Assembly (NCBI GenBank): GCA_049287205.1
Contig: JBAQFJ010000001.1
Span: 319,041-383,040 of the forward strand
Origin: Microgenomates group bacterium
Lineage (GTDB): Bacteria > Patescibacteriota > Microgenomatia > UBA10105 > UBA927
DNA: 64,000 nt
Direction of reading: 5' to 3'
Positions 31,217-41,667 of this stretch are shown in pieces (the stretch's first letter is position 1; each line of letters begins with the position of its first letter). The notes under the pieces are model-generated. The model was not told the DNA's origin. It searched no databases and saw nothing but the letters and a program-made list of their open reading frames with translations. The translations under genes and the position numbers were made by a program.

Positions 31217-33010
31217 TTAGTTTATGATCTTTTCATCTATCTCTTTGCGGATATTTGTTACCACCGTTTCCAGCTGTTGCTCCCCTTGATTTGTTCCTTT
31301 TCGGTCTCTGATAGTCACGGTATTGTTTTTTACTTCGTTGTCACCGATGATCAGCATATAAGACACTTTTTGTTGTTGTGCGTCCCGAATGCGTGATCCT
31401 AATGTTTCTGACCGGTCATCAAGAACTGCACGGATGTTGTTTTCTTTGAGCGTGGCGAGCACTGATTTTGCATAGTCACTATGCCGCTCTGCAATTGGTA
31501 GGATAATCACCTGCACAGGCGTTAGCCATGTTGGCATGGCACCGGAAAAATGTTCCAAGAGAAATGCCATAGTCCGTTCAAATGCACCGATTGAGGACCT
31601 GTGGATGACCACCGGCTCCTTTTCTTGGCCACTTGCGTCAATGTAGGAAAGGGCAAATCGTTTTGGCATGACAAAGTCGTACTGCACTGTGAATGCGGTT
31701 TCCTCATGACCTGCAACGTTTTTGATTTGGACATCGATTTTTGGACCATAGAATGCCGCTTCATTTTTGCTTTCGAAGAATGGGGCGTTTGTTTCAACAA
31801 GTACTTCCCGAAGCACTTGTTCCGCGTTGTCCCATGCCGCATCATCTTTATAATATTTTTTGTCATCATTTCTGTCACCCAGTGATAAACGATATCGGTA
31901 GTCAACACCTTTTTTCATGCCGAGGGTGGTGTTCACGAAATCAATGAGATCAAGGACTTTTTTGATTTCCTCTTTCGCGTTTTCCGGTTGCGAGATGATG
32001 TGTGCATCAGCTAAGCAAAACATGCGGACACGCATGAGCCCTGTGAGTTCTCCGCTTTTTTCGTATCGAAACTGCGGAGAAAGTTCAGCGAGCCGAATTG
32101 GCAGTTCACGGTAACTGTGCGGTTCTGATTTGTAGAGCATGAAATGATGCGGGCACGTCATCGGACGCAAAATGAGCTCTTCGTCGTCAACGACCATGGG
32201 CGGGTACATGGTGTTTTTATAATATGGATAATGGCCACTGGTTTTGTAGAGATCGACCTTTGCGAGTGGTGGCGTGACAACGTGTTGGTATCCCCGTTTC
32301 AGTTCCTCGTCAACGATAAACCGTTCCAATTCACGCCGGATAGTTGCGCCTTTTGCAGTGAGCATAGGAAGGCCTTTACCGACAAGATCAGAAAACACGA
32401 AAAGTCCTAAGTCCTTACCGATTTTTCTGTGATCCCGTTTTTTTGCTTCCTCGATACGTGCAAGATAGTCCTCGAGTTCACTCTTGGATGCAAATGCAGT
32501 TCCATAAATACGGGTAAGCATTTTATTCTTTTCGCTTCCATGCCAATACGCCCCTGCAATAGAAAGCAGTTTGAATGCTTTAACTCCTCCCGTCGTTGCC
32601 GCGTGCGGTCCGCTGCAAAGATCTGTTTCCTCATCTCCCATAGAAAATACTGAAACTTTTTCTCCGCGCTTTTCAATGTCTTCGATCCATTCCATTTTAT
32701 AGGGGTTGTCAGCAAAGAGTTTTTTTGCTTCTTCAGGAGAAATAATTTTCTGCACCATCGGGAGGTCGGCATCGATGAGGCGCTGCATTTCTTTTTCGAT
32801 TTTTGGAAATTCGTTCTCGGAAATTTTCTCGTTTACATCAAAATCATTGTAAAAACCGTCTTCTGTTGCAGGACCCATCGCCTTTTTTAATGCTGGGTAC
32901 AAATTTTGCATTGCCGTATGTAACACATGCTCCGCTGTATGGCGAAGCGCCCAAAGCTCCTGTTCTTTTTTGGGTTTATTTGCTAATTTTTCTTCCAGTA
33001 TCTGTGACAT
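31217..33010 (-). CDS. thrS: Threonyl-tRNA synthetase (short form lacking the N-terminal TGS domain)
   Basis: Class II catalytic core (HRKIGKDLGLF) and a C-terminal anticodon-binding domain. AAGGAG ribosome-binding site. Confidence 0.85.
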   Translation of the reverse strand: MSQILEEKLANKPKKEQELWALRHTAEHVLHTAMQNLYPALKKAMGPATEDGFYNDFDVNEKISENEFPKIEKEMQRLIDADLPMVQKIISPEEAKKLFADNPYKMEWIEDIEKRGEKVSVFSMGDEETDLCSGPHAATTGGVKAFKLLSIAGAYWHGSEKNKMLTRIYGTAFASKSELEDYLARIEEAKKRDHRKIGKDLGLFVFSDLVGKGLPMLTAKGATIRRELERFIVDEELKRGYQHVVTPPLAKVDLYKTSGHYPYYKNTMYPPMVVDDEELILRPMTCPHHFMLYKSEPHSYRELPIRLAELSPQFRYEKSGELTGLMRVRMFCLADAHIISQPENAKEEIKKVLDLIDFVNTTLGMKKGVDYRYRLSLGDRNDDKKYYKDDAAWDNAEQVLREVLVETNAPFFESKNEAAFYGPKIDVQIKNVAGHEETAFTVQYDFVMPKRFALSYIDASGQEKEPVVIHRSSIGAFERTMAFLLEHFSGAMPTWLTPVQVIILPIAERHSDYAKSVLATLKENNIRAVLDDRSETLGSRIRDAQQQKVSYMLIIGDNEVKNNTVTIRDRKGTNQGEQQLETVVTNIRKEIDEKIIN

Positions 33011-33192
33011 AGGTGCTCCTTATACACAAAAAAGCCACTCTCTGTTGGATTCCGATACTTTCGGAAGGTTCCATCCAACGTACGTGTGACTTAATTACTA
33101 CATCGTTACGTGATGTATTCGATTCTCTTTGAGTTTGGTTGGGACTCATGCGTGCGAGAATACTTCTATCATAGATGAAGTGAACAAAATTA

Positions 33193-33756
33193 TCAATCTC
33201 TCTTTCCCTTTGACTTAGCGATAAAGGATTTCATTGTCGCGATATCATCCGGTTTATTTTTAAACGCAAATAGTATTTTATCCAGATAATTTGCCAGATC
33301 TTCATGAAAGTATACATCGGTTATGACAATGCTTTCCTGTTCTGCGGCAACCGGTTCTACTTGCAGCGTTCCAACTTTTAACAGGCGCATGACCATGTTT
33401 GGTGCGTATGCTTTAGTTTTAAGTACTTCATTCCAAAATAATGCACGCTTATTGGTAAAAAACGGCGAGACAACATCAAAACGGATGATGCGTCTGTCTG
33501 TAATATATGTTTTGTCCGTTTTTTGTGTTTTCCACATCCACCATAAAGAAATGAGAATGACGATGAGGGCAATGATGATGACCGCAATTTTTATTGCAGA
33601 TGCCGCAGTTGGGACAAAATTAGCAATTGCAAAAAGAATCGTGACAACGGCAATGAAGGCAATGGTGAGAGAAATACCCGAAAAAAGAAAACGGCTGATG
33701 TGCGGCGTTATTGTTGTCAGTACCCGTTCGCCAGATTGTTGTCCGTCAAATTCCAT
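33193..33756 (-). CDS. Membrane protein with a bacterial PH-like (YdbT / DUF304-type) domain
   Basis: Two N-terminal transmembrane segments followed by a bPH-like segment (ITDRRIIRF...). Confidence 0.45.
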   Translation of the reverse strand: MEFDGQQSGERVLTTITPHISRFLFSGISLTIAFIAVVTILFAIANFVPTAASAIKIAVIIIALIVILISLWWMWKTQKTDKTYITDRRIIRFDVVSPFFTNKRALFWNEVLKTKAYAPNMVMRLLKVGTLQVEPVAAEQESIVITDVYFHEDLANYLDKILFAFKNKPDDIATMKSFIAKSKGKRD

Positions 33757-33768
33757 AGTGTAATTCTA

Positions 33769-34296
33769 TTATATCTTTTTTATAGGGATTGTAAAAAGAT
33801 AAACGTGATGCAGTTCGTCTTTTTTTGTGCAGGGAATGTTGGGAAAAATAAAACTGTTTGACACAACGCGACTTCCAGGCTTCATTTCTCGTAATAATTT
33901 TTCCTCCAGTTGTTTCATACGCCAAGGAAGCAGATATACAAAGACAACGTTAGCGTTTTGAAAGTCGGCTCGCCAGAAGTTTTTCCAGTATGCACGTATC
34001 ATTGTTCTCTCGGGGGAGCAGAGTGCTTTTATTGTCGTAAATAATACAAGATACGGATTTATTTCTAAACCAATTGCCTTTGCTCCTGCGCGTGCCGCTA
34101 AAAAAAGCAGTCTTCCGTCTCCGGAACCCAAATCAACTATTGTTTCTCCTTTTTTGATATGCGCGAGCGCAATCATGACTTTCGAAACGGATGTCGTTGA
34201 GGGTACATAGGGTGCACCTGTGAGAAATGCGAGCGCCATGTAAAAAAATAATAAGGCAAATAATAGCTGCAAGATAAGAAAAATCCAAGGAAGCAT
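33769..34296 (-). CDS. Membrane-anchored class I SAM-dependent methyltransferase
   Basis: N-terminal transmembrane helix followed by a glycine-rich SAM-binding motif I (VDLGSGDGRLL). Confidence 0.55.
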   Translation of the reverse strand: MLPWIFLILQLLFALLFFYMALAFLTGAPYVPSTTSVSKVMIALAHIKKGETIVDLGSGDGRLLFLAARAGAKAIGLEINPYLVLFTTIKALCSPERTMIRAYWKNFWRADFQNANVVFVYLLPWRMKQLEEKLLREMKPGSRVVSNSFIFPNIPCTKKDELHHVYLFTIPIKKI

Positions 34297-34300
34297 AGTG

Positions 34301-34945
34301 TTATTGTTCTTGCAGTATACCGCGAATAATGAGTCGTTTGAAAGTAGTACCTGGCGGCCAACAGGTCATGAGTGTAACAATCTTGTCATTTGTCTTTTCT
34401 GTCAGATAAATACTTGCATCGGGATCCACAAGTTTTTTTTCTGTAACGCGGTACACAAATTTTTCTTTATGAAAGTACAAATGAATTGCGTCATTTGTTT
34501 CCAGCTTATCCAATAAGTAAAATACCGCATTGTATCTGAGTGCTTCAAAAAAGTTGACGGATGAATGGGAAAAAATAAACATATTTCCTGTTCGTCCCGG
34601 GTAGACTGAACCTTTTGCGTGCGCTACTCCCCGTGTTAATGCCTGTTGATACTCCTTGCTGTTATATGGGTCAACATTTGGAATAATTTTTGCGTTGGCG
34701 CCAATTTTTGGGATGACGATGCCAAATGCATCATTGAGCGGCTGTATTTCTTTTGCTTGTGTTGTTGTGTTTTTAAAAATTGCTTTATCCTGTTGCAGCC
34801 GGTAATTGATTTCTATAGACAGTATCGGCCAAAAAATTGCAGCCATCAGCACTAATCCGGCAATAACAAGCGTGCCACCGCTGATAAGAATATACCGAGA
34901 ATAATCAGGAGAGTTTTTTTTGGTTGGTTTTCTTTTTGGAGACAT
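34301..34945 (-). CDS. Sortase family transpeptidase
   Basis: N-terminal transmembrane anchor, a conserved His (FIFSHSS), the TLMTC catalytic Cys motif and a conserved downstream Arg. Confidence 0.8.
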   Translation of the reverse strand: MSPKRKPTKKNSPDYSRYILISGGTLVIAGLVLMAAIFWPILSIEINYRLQQDKAIFKNTTTQAKEIQPLNDAFGIVIPKIGANAKIIPNVDPYNSKEYQQALTRGVAHAKGSVYPGRTGNMFIFSHSSVNFFEALRYNAVFYLLDKLETNDAIHLYFHKEKFVYRVTEKKLVDPDASIYLTEKTNDKIVTLMTCWPPGTTFKRLIIRGILQEQ

Positions 34946-35876
34946 ATAACCCTATGATGCCGATAACAAGTAATGCAATGCCGAGTATCAGTATACCATT
35001 CTTTTTAAAGAAGCTTTCTCCTGACTGCATACCGGCCGGTGTTGTTTCTTCTCCGAGTACTTTTCCTTCTTCTGATGCGGTCACCTCATTGCCGAGTACT
35101 GATCCTTCGCTTGGGTTTGTAAGTGCGATGGCACTTGGTGTTGTTCCTGTTACTGTGGTAGAAGTTGAGCTCGTTGTAAATGTCGCTTCACTGTCTCCGA
35201 CAATGTTTGATCCGTTGCCAGCACTGTCAAAGGCGCGAATGCCGAAATAATATGGTTTGTCACAGGATGGTGGCGTGGTGATGGATTGACCGTCTGTGTT
35301 TGACCCGATAGTTATGGTATCAACACGTGAACCGCTGTCTGCTGCAAATGATTTATTTTCCGAACGGTACACTTCGACTTTTACTGTTTTTCCTGCATCG
35401 TCTGCGCTGTGGAATTTGATTTTATAATCACAAGTATTTGCCCGTTCTTTATTGTATCCTGTCGGATCTCCCGGTCCTTCATTATTGTAGGAAACGACTG
35501 TCGTATCTTCGACTGTATCGCTACCTGCTGTCGCGGTTGTTTTGAATGTATAGTTTCCTTTTGTGTTTAAAATGCTTGATGTAACTGTGCAGACTCCTGT
35601 GTTCCCACCGTCTGCAAATGTTTGTGCAGATCCGTAGAGGACAAAATCAGCATCCGTCGGGCTTTTCTTATAGCAGTTGACTGTTACATCTCTCCCCATC
35701 AGATCAAGCGTGACAAATGTAATATCAAAGTCTGTCTGATTGGTGGGCGTTTTTGGCTGTTCAAGGCGAATGGATAATGCGTTTGTTTCTCCACCTTCCG
35801 TGATTGCAAATACCGGCTGTGTACGGAATGCAAATGTAATGATGAATGTTGCTATGATGAAAAATAATTTACGCAT
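34905..35876 (-). CDS. Cell-surface protein with a signal peptide and a C-terminal sorting-signal-like anchor
   Basis: Signal peptide, Thr/Ser-rich beta-rich body, and a C-terminus VLGEETTPAGMQSG...hydrophobic transmembrane...KKKTNQKK. This resembles the C-terminus of the neighbouring LPSTG protein (VLGATTDLPSTG). Confidence 0.55.
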   Translation of the reverse strand: MRKLFFIIATFIITFAFRTQPVFAITEGGETNALSIRLEQPKTPTNQTDFDITFVTLDLMGRDVTVNCYKKSPTDADFVLYGSAQTFADGGNTGVCTVTSSILNTKGNYTFKTTATAGSDTVEDTTVVSYNNEGPGDPTGYNKERANTCDYKIKFHSADDAGKTVKVEVYRSENKSFAADSGSRVDTITIGSNTDGQSITTPPSCDKPYYFGIRAFDSAGNGSNIVGDSEATFTTSSTSTTVTGTTPSAIALTNPSEGSVLGNEVTASEEGKVLGEETTPAGMQSGESFFKKNGILILGIALLVIGIIGLYVSKKKTNQKKLS

Positions 35877-38800
35877 GGTATCTCCTCATTTTATTTGCTA
35901 TAACGATTGCGCCAAGACCCGTGATCATAAGTGTAATTGCAACAACAATCCAGTTGCTGTTCGCTCCAGTTGATGGAAGATCAGTTGTTGCTCCAAGCAC
36001 ACTGCCTTCTGTTGTTTCTTCATGATTGACGGTCAGTGTTTTGCTGTCTTGTTGATCTTTGACGATGGCAACTTCCGTTCCTACAAATGTGGTGTTCAGT
36101 TGTCCGGGATCAACAGCTGTTGCAACGAGCGAATTTGTTCCTCCGACTGCACAATCATTGTTTTGTTGACATCCGTATGCCAGCGCTAAATCTTTGTACA
36201 GTCCCGGTTTTTCATCAGTTGATACATCAGCCATAAGTGTGAGTGTGATGACTTCGTTTTCTTCAATGTTGCCGACATCCCATGTTCCCGGTGAATGATA
36301 CGTTGGCTCGCTCAGTGCTAGTGCTCCCCGCACATTGGAACTTGCAGTCCAAGAGCCTCCGCGATAGGCAAATCCTTTCGGAAGAAGATCTGTTACTTTG
36401 ACACCGTATGCTGTGTTATCCAGTGATTTTACCGTCAGTGTATAGAGCACTGATGATCCGGGTGTGATGTCAGTCGTTATATTATTTTCTTTTGAAATTT
36501 GGAGTACTGCCGGAATGTAATGGTTGCCGATGACACAGGTAACATTTTCTCCAGCTTCGACGTTGACACGGTGACCTGACATTTCCTGCGCTTGCACTTT
36601 TTCAATGCCAAAAAGAGATTTGGAAGTTGATGATGGGCGTATTGATGTAAGTTCCTGATCATTGGAACAGGAAATCACGGTTTGTTCCCAACCGTCTTTT
36701 ATTGTTTCATCGAGGTAATAGGAGCTTGGAGATAAACCTGTAAATGAGACCATTCCTGCTTCATCTGTTGTTTTCGTTTCCTGCCCGGTTAGTATAATAT
36801 CCCATCCTGACATTGTTGATTCATCGTCATCATAGATACCGTTGTTATTTGTGTCATTGAATTTTGTAACCTCTACTGATCCGTATTTTATGTTATTGAA
36901 TGTGCACGTCACATTTCCGCCTGCTGCCAAATCAAATGAAACGCGTGCTGGAGGATTTGTTGGACTTGCATGTGTCTCGAGATTGGATATACCACCTGTT
37001 GATTGACAGCTAATGTCGCCTGCTTCCCAGTCTGCATTTTCTGATTCTGAAATCGTATAATGACCGGATTGATATGCTCCTGTATGTGGTGATTCTGTAT
37101 CTGCTAATGAGAATGAATCTACTGTTGTTGTATCTTTTGTGATAGTAAAATCAAATGCCTGTGGATCTTCTGTAGGAGCAGTTGCTTTATCAACCGTTAT
37201 GGTTCCGAGGTGAATATTTCCAAATAATTTTCCTTCTAACTGTTGTCCAGATTGGTTGATAATGGCTTTTCGGCAGCGGTGAGCTTCATCTGTTGCGGTT
37301 GATTGGTTTAGGTATCCTTCTGTGTTTCCTGGATCTGTTTGAGTCCATCCGGATTGCAATACTTCACAGATATAATAGGTTCCAATATTCAAATTTTCAA
37401 AACGAAATCGTCCGTTCCCATATCCGGAAATAAAATGAGTTGTTTGTTCGGGAGCTGCAAGATTCCAGCTTGCATTGTATAGCCGTATCGGCCAGCTGTT
37501 GATAACCGGTTCACCTGAGTCTTCCTGTCCGTTATTATTTAAATCGTTAAACTTTCTTCCTTGAATATATCCAAGTTCGAAATTACCAAAATTAGCAATT
37601 GAGTCTTGACCGGCAGTAACGATTACTTGTTGACAGTTACTTGCTTCGGGATATGTTCGCATCCAACCAGTTACCTCGTCATCTTTTTCACAGATATTGT
37701 ATGTCCCTGGTGTTAGCATGCCAAAGGAATAGCGGCCGAGATTGTCAATAGTAGCATAGTAGTCCGGAGGATTATTATATGTTCCATTATTATCGACATC
37801 GACGAAAATCTTTAAAGGTGTAACGGTTCCGTCAACAACCGGTTCACCTTCATTCCAAATGTGATTGCCATTGATATCTTCCCATTTGCGTCCGGAAATT
37901 GAACCATAATTCTGACATTCGTACACATTCAATGTGAGACTACCGCTATTGTCGGACATGCCACCCTGATTGTCCCATGCTGTTCCATACCAAGTATTCC
38001 ATCTGTCCCCGATGACAAATTGTGGATTTGCGGGTGTTGCTGTATAGAAATTGTATTGATGATCTATATTGTATGCACCCCATTGTACGATACCCATACC
38101 GGATCCGAGGTCAGCAAGCAGTGCGTGCGCCCCGTAATTTGGTGCAACCCCGTTTATGCCATAATTTGTATCAATTGAAGACCAATTATTCTTTGAAGAA
38201 TAGCCTGCGTCGGATTTCCACCCGCCGCCGGAACTGGAGACAAACGTGCCTGTCGTTTCAAACAGATAGTTTCCTGCTGCAAGACCGGACAACACTTGTC
38301 CATCTGCGTCAGTGCTGCCGATTGTATAAGAGTTGACTAATTTTTTAACTGGTGCGGATGCTGGACACGTTGAATCACCTGTGTATACAGGAATGGCATA
38401 ATTATTAAACGTACATGTTGTTTGTTGTCCAACCGTTACGGTTGCAGTTGCGCTATTGTTATTTGTTTTAATAGGAGTACACCCTGTTACAGAATGGAGA
38501 TAATATCCTGTTTGTGTTTTTTCTGTAATTGTATGATTGCCAGTGGTAACAGTTCCAAAATCTACTACACCGGTGTCGTTTGCATGAATCCAGCTTCCTG
38601 TATCAAGTTTAAACTCCCAGTCTGCGAGATCATCTGCAACATTTACTGTTTTTTGTACGCGTAGTGTTCCTGTTTCTATTTGACACGTTGCACTGCACCG
38701 ATCGCCATCTGTTGTATTTCCGTCATCACATTGTTCTCCCGTGTCAATAGTTGAGTCGCCGCAACGAGGTCCTGTTATGGTATTTGTTTGACAGCTTGCA

Positions 38801-41667
38801 TCACAATAGTCGCAGGTTCCTCCGTATGTAGGAGTGCAAAAAGTTCCATTTGCAGATCCTGCATCACATTGTTCAGTCAGTTGGTTAACAAATCCGTCAC
38901 CACAGTTGCATGTAGGTGTATGAGATCCTAAAAATGAGAACGTATTTGTTGCATATCCGTTCCATTGAACGCTTGGATCGAATGTGTCATATGCATTTGC
39001 ATCTCCGCAGGATAGACCACATTTTTTTGTTAATGTATTATCTTCAGTGCTTGTTAATCCGCTTCCCCATTCACCAGAGGGCGGTTGATACCCAATTTGT
39101 CCAATACTGTCAATGATTGTTGTTTCGTATTTGAGTGCGAGCGCATCATTTCCATTAAAGTCAAGGATACTTGAAAGTTGATCCGCTTGGGCTGCGATAG
39201 TTGCATTGGCACTTGTATTGGCTAACACAAAGACGTCTCCCGGCCCTACGGTTCCGCTTAAATTCATTTGTGTTGATGTGCTTGAACCATTTGTATATTT
39301 ATGAACAGAATAGCCGGTGAGACTTATTGCGTTTGCAGTAGGATTATATATTTCTACTGCTTTGTTCATGGAATTGCCTTCAATATATTCGGAGAAGAAA
39401 AGATTATTACATGTTTCCACCTGACAGGTTGCACTGCAACGATCGCCATCAACATTGTTTCCATCATCACATTGTTCTATCGTGTCTTTAAAACTGTCAC
39501 CACAATATGGATGATAGGTATTTGTTACCGTACAGGTTGCTGATCCGCCTGCTGTAATGCTGCCGGAACAGTTCGCACTATAGGAAACGTCATAGTGATC
39601 ATATGTTCCCTCTGTCACTGAGTATGCTGCACTTCCATCTACCGTAACTGTTGTTCCTGACTCTTGACCAGTAAATACATTTGGCGTTGCGTTTGCTCCT
39701 GTAACACTTAGTGAAAAATCACCGGCAGCTTTGTTTCCTGCTCCAGAATTATCTACATGTTTTATAACGGTCAATGTTCCTGTGGTCGGAGGAATAACAC
39801 ATCCGTTATTCCATATGGCCTGTCCTGCTGTATCCCAATTTTGTCCAAGATATTGACCACCGACGTAATAGAATGGTGGAATGATATCGCCCCACGCATG
39901 ATCTGCTATTCCCGGATACCATATAACACCGTTATGTCCGTCATGGCCGGAAACATCCGCTGATTTATTTGGCTTTTGCTCGATATATGGATTTGTTTGA
40001 CTATCTGATGCGTGACAGATGGTCACTTTCTTTTCAAGTAATTCAAGATTACATGTACTGGAACATACAAAATCTGTAGCCGGATTGCTGCCAAGATTTG
40101 TTCCGTCACATGTTTCTGATCCGTTGATAATGCCATCACCGCAATATGGGAGAGCTTCAAGCTTACATGAGCTATTGCATGTATAATGTGATGGTACGCC
40201 ACTTGATCCGTCACATTCTTCAGTAGTTTGATTGACAACGTTATCCCCACAAGAAGCATAGGTTACGTCTAATACTGCTCTATCAATATATGTTTTTGGA
40301 GCACCTGCGAGTTTAAATTGATATTTAAAATTATTTAATTTAGAAGCAGTATTTACATACGTGAGGGGAACAGAAATCGTAAAGATTTTATCATTAGTGT
40401 TGGAAATCCAGAGATCATTAGGAAGTAGTTGCCAATTTGATCCATCCCAAACTCGGATTTTTGCATATTCAGGAGCGGGCCAATATCTCCAGCTTCTTTG
40501 ATATTCAAAAATAATATTTGCACCCGTAACCGTGATGTTTGAAGGAAGCGTATTTGTGTGGGTAAACTCAATGTATTCAGTGTCCCATTCAAGCGCTATT
40601 GGCCATAATCCATTGTTTTCATATCGGTTATCGTCAGAGTATTTAACTGTTTCTTTTTCTGAATCTGAGAGAGTATCTGGCCAAAAACTTACTGCGTCAA
40701 TAGCACTTGTTACGAAAAATATTGTCATGTGATCAATATCGTTTCCTTTGACAGTGGTGTTCTGTTGTTCAGTTTTTGTTTCTTCAATAGGTTGAATGTC
40801 TTCTGTTTTTAACGTGTCTGTAGCGGTACGAACTTCTTCGATTGTTTTTTCAATATAGGAAACTTCAGCGATTGTATTTTCGGTTTTTGGCAGTGTGATT
40901 GTGTATTTAAACGTTTCGTTATCCATTCCCGTTGTTATGTCATATGCCTTGTCAGTTGAAGCGTTTATGTCACTTGGCAGCTTCAGTTCGCTGATATTTA
41001 TTTCCTGAATTTTGAGTGATGTCCGCTTTTCTGTATCTGTTGGCAGACAGGTGAATGTGACGGACACATCATGATTTCCCGGAAATTCGTACTTTACGCC
41101 GAGTTCAACTTTGGTGGTTGTTTCAGCGGTACGGGTAAATTCATTCATGGACCAGTCAAAGATGGACGTTGTGCGAGTTTCTGGTGGCTGCTCACATGTC
41201 TGTTCAATAACTTCCGGTGTTGGTTCTGGAGTGACAATTGGGGTTGGAGTAGCTTCAGGAGAAGCTTCATTATCATTATCTGCTGGTGGACTTGCTTCTT
41301 TTGGCGGATCCGATGGTGTACTTGTCGGTTCCGCAACTGACGGATCAATGGTCGGTGTTATCTCACTTATTGGTTCAGGGGTTACGGAAATATTTGGTTC
41401 GATAGATGGTGACGGATTAATGGTTGGTGTAATTTCTTCGTTTGGTGTTGGAGAAACGACTTCGGGTGTAGGGATTGGTGTGACTTCATTATTGTTTGGT
41501 TGTTCAGGAGCTGGAACAACGGTTGGTGTTGGTGTTTCAATTGGTGCTTCTTGTGCAAACGTTCTGGAAGATATAAAAAAACCTGGAGTCAACGATTGGA
41601 ACACTAGGAGTAAACCAGTACAAATAGAAACTGCCTTCTGAAAAAAAACTTTTCGTTTTTTCTTCAT
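35869..41667 (-). CDS. Giant LPXTG-anchored surface protein (about 1930 aa) with a Pro/Thr-rich stalk, Cys-rich CGD repeats, a lamin-tail domain and SdrD / Cna-B-type repeats
   Basis: Signal peptide, then a PT/PE-rich linker. Repeated CGDG..E(Q)CDDGN..DGDRCSATCQ modules resemble the myxococcal Cys-rich repeat. An LTD-like segment (FSEYIEG...KAVEIYNPT). Repeats of the GRKWEDINGN / KFNDLNNNGQED type. C-terminal LPSTG followed by a transmembrane segment and RRYHA. Confidence 0.85.
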   Translation of the reverse strand: MKKKRKVFFQKAVSICTGLLLVFQSLTPGFFISSRTFAQEAPIETPTPTVVPAPEQPNNNEVTPIPTPEVVSPTPNEEITPTINPSPSIEPNISVTPEPISEITPTIDPSVAEPTSTPSDPPKEASPPADNDNEASPEATPTPIVTPEPTPEVIEQTCEQPPETRTTSIFDWSMNEFTRTAETTTKVELGVKYEFPGNHDVSVTFTCLPTDTEKRTSLKIQEINISELKLPSDINASTDKAYDITTGMDNETFKYTITLPKTENTIAEVSYIEKTIEEVRTATDTLKTEDIQPIEETKTEQQNTTVKGNDIDHMTIFFVTSAIDAVSFWPDTLSDSEKETVKYSDDNRYENNGLWPIALEWDTEYIEFTHTNTLPSNITVTGANIIFEYQRSWRYWPAPEYAKIRVWDGSNWQLLPNDLWISNTNDKIFTISVPLTYVNTASKLNNFKYQFKLAGAPKTYIDRAVLDVTYASCGDNVVNQTTEECDGSSGVPSHYTCNSSCKLEALPYCGDGIINGSETCDGTNLGSNPATDFVCSSTCNLELLEKKVTICHASDSQTNPYIEQKPNKSADVSGHDGHNGVIWYPGIADHAWGDIIPPFYYVGGQYLGQNWDTAGQAIWNNGCVIPPTTGTLTVIKHVDNSGAGNKAAGDFSLSVTGANATPNVFTGQESGTTVTVDGSAAYSVTEGTYDHYDVSYSANCSGSITAGGSATCTVTNTYHPYCGDSFKDTIEQCDDGNNVDGDRCSATCQVETCNNLFFSEYIEGNSMNKAVEIYNPTANAISLTGYSVHKYTNGSSTSTQMNLSGTVGPGDVFVLANTSANATIAAQADQLSSILDFNGNDALALKYETTIIDSIGQIGYQPPSGEWGSGLTSTEDNTLTKKCGLSCGDANAYDTFDPSVQWNGYATNTFSFLGSHTPTCNCGDGFVNQLTEQCDAGSANGTFCTPTYGGTCDYCDASCQTNTITGPRCGDSTIDTGEQCDDGNTTDGDRCSATCQIETGTLRVQKTVNVADDLADWEFKLDTGSWIHANDTGVVDFGTVTTGNHTITEKTQTGYYLHSVTGCTPIKTNNNSATATVTVGQQTTCTFNNYAIPVYTGDSTCPASAPVKKLVNSYTIGSTDADGQVLSGLAAGNYLFETTGTFVSSSGGGWKSDAGYSSKNNWSSIDTNYGINGVAPNYGAHALLADLGSGMGIVQWGAYNIDHQYNFYTATPANPQFVIGDRWNTWYGTAWDNQGGMSDNSGSLTLNVYECQNYGSISGRKWEDINGNHIWNEGEPVVDGTVTPLKIFVDVDNNGTYNNPPDYYATIDNLGRYSFGMLTPGTYNICEKDDEVTGWMRTYPEASNCQQVIVTAGQDSIANFGNFELGYIQGRKFNDLNNNGQEDSGEPVINSWPIRLYNASWNLAAPEQTTHFISGYGNGRFRFENLNIGTYYICEVLQSGWTQTDPGNTEGYLNQSTATDEAHRCRKAIINQSGQQLEGKLFGNIHLGTITVDKATAPTEDPQAFDFTITKDTTTVDSFSLADTESPHTGAYQSGHYTISESENADWEAGDISCQSTGGISNLETHASPTNPPARVSFDLAAGGNVTCTFNNIKYGSVEVTKFNDTNNNGIYDDDESTMSGWDIILTGQETKTTDEAGMVSFTGLSPSSYYLDETIKDGWEQTVISCSNDQELTSIRPSSTSKSLFGIEKVQAQEMSGHRVNVEAGENVTCVIGNHYIPAVLQISKENNITTDITPGSSVLYTLTVKSLDNTAYGVKVTDLLPKGFAYRGGSWTASSNVRGALALSEPTYHSPGTWDVGNIEENEVITLTLMADVSTDEKPGLYKDLALAYGCQQNNDCAVGGTNSLVATAVDPGQLNTTFVGTEVAIVKDQQDSKTLTVNHEETTEGSVLGATTDLPSTGANSNWIVVAITLMITGLGAIVIANKMRRYHA

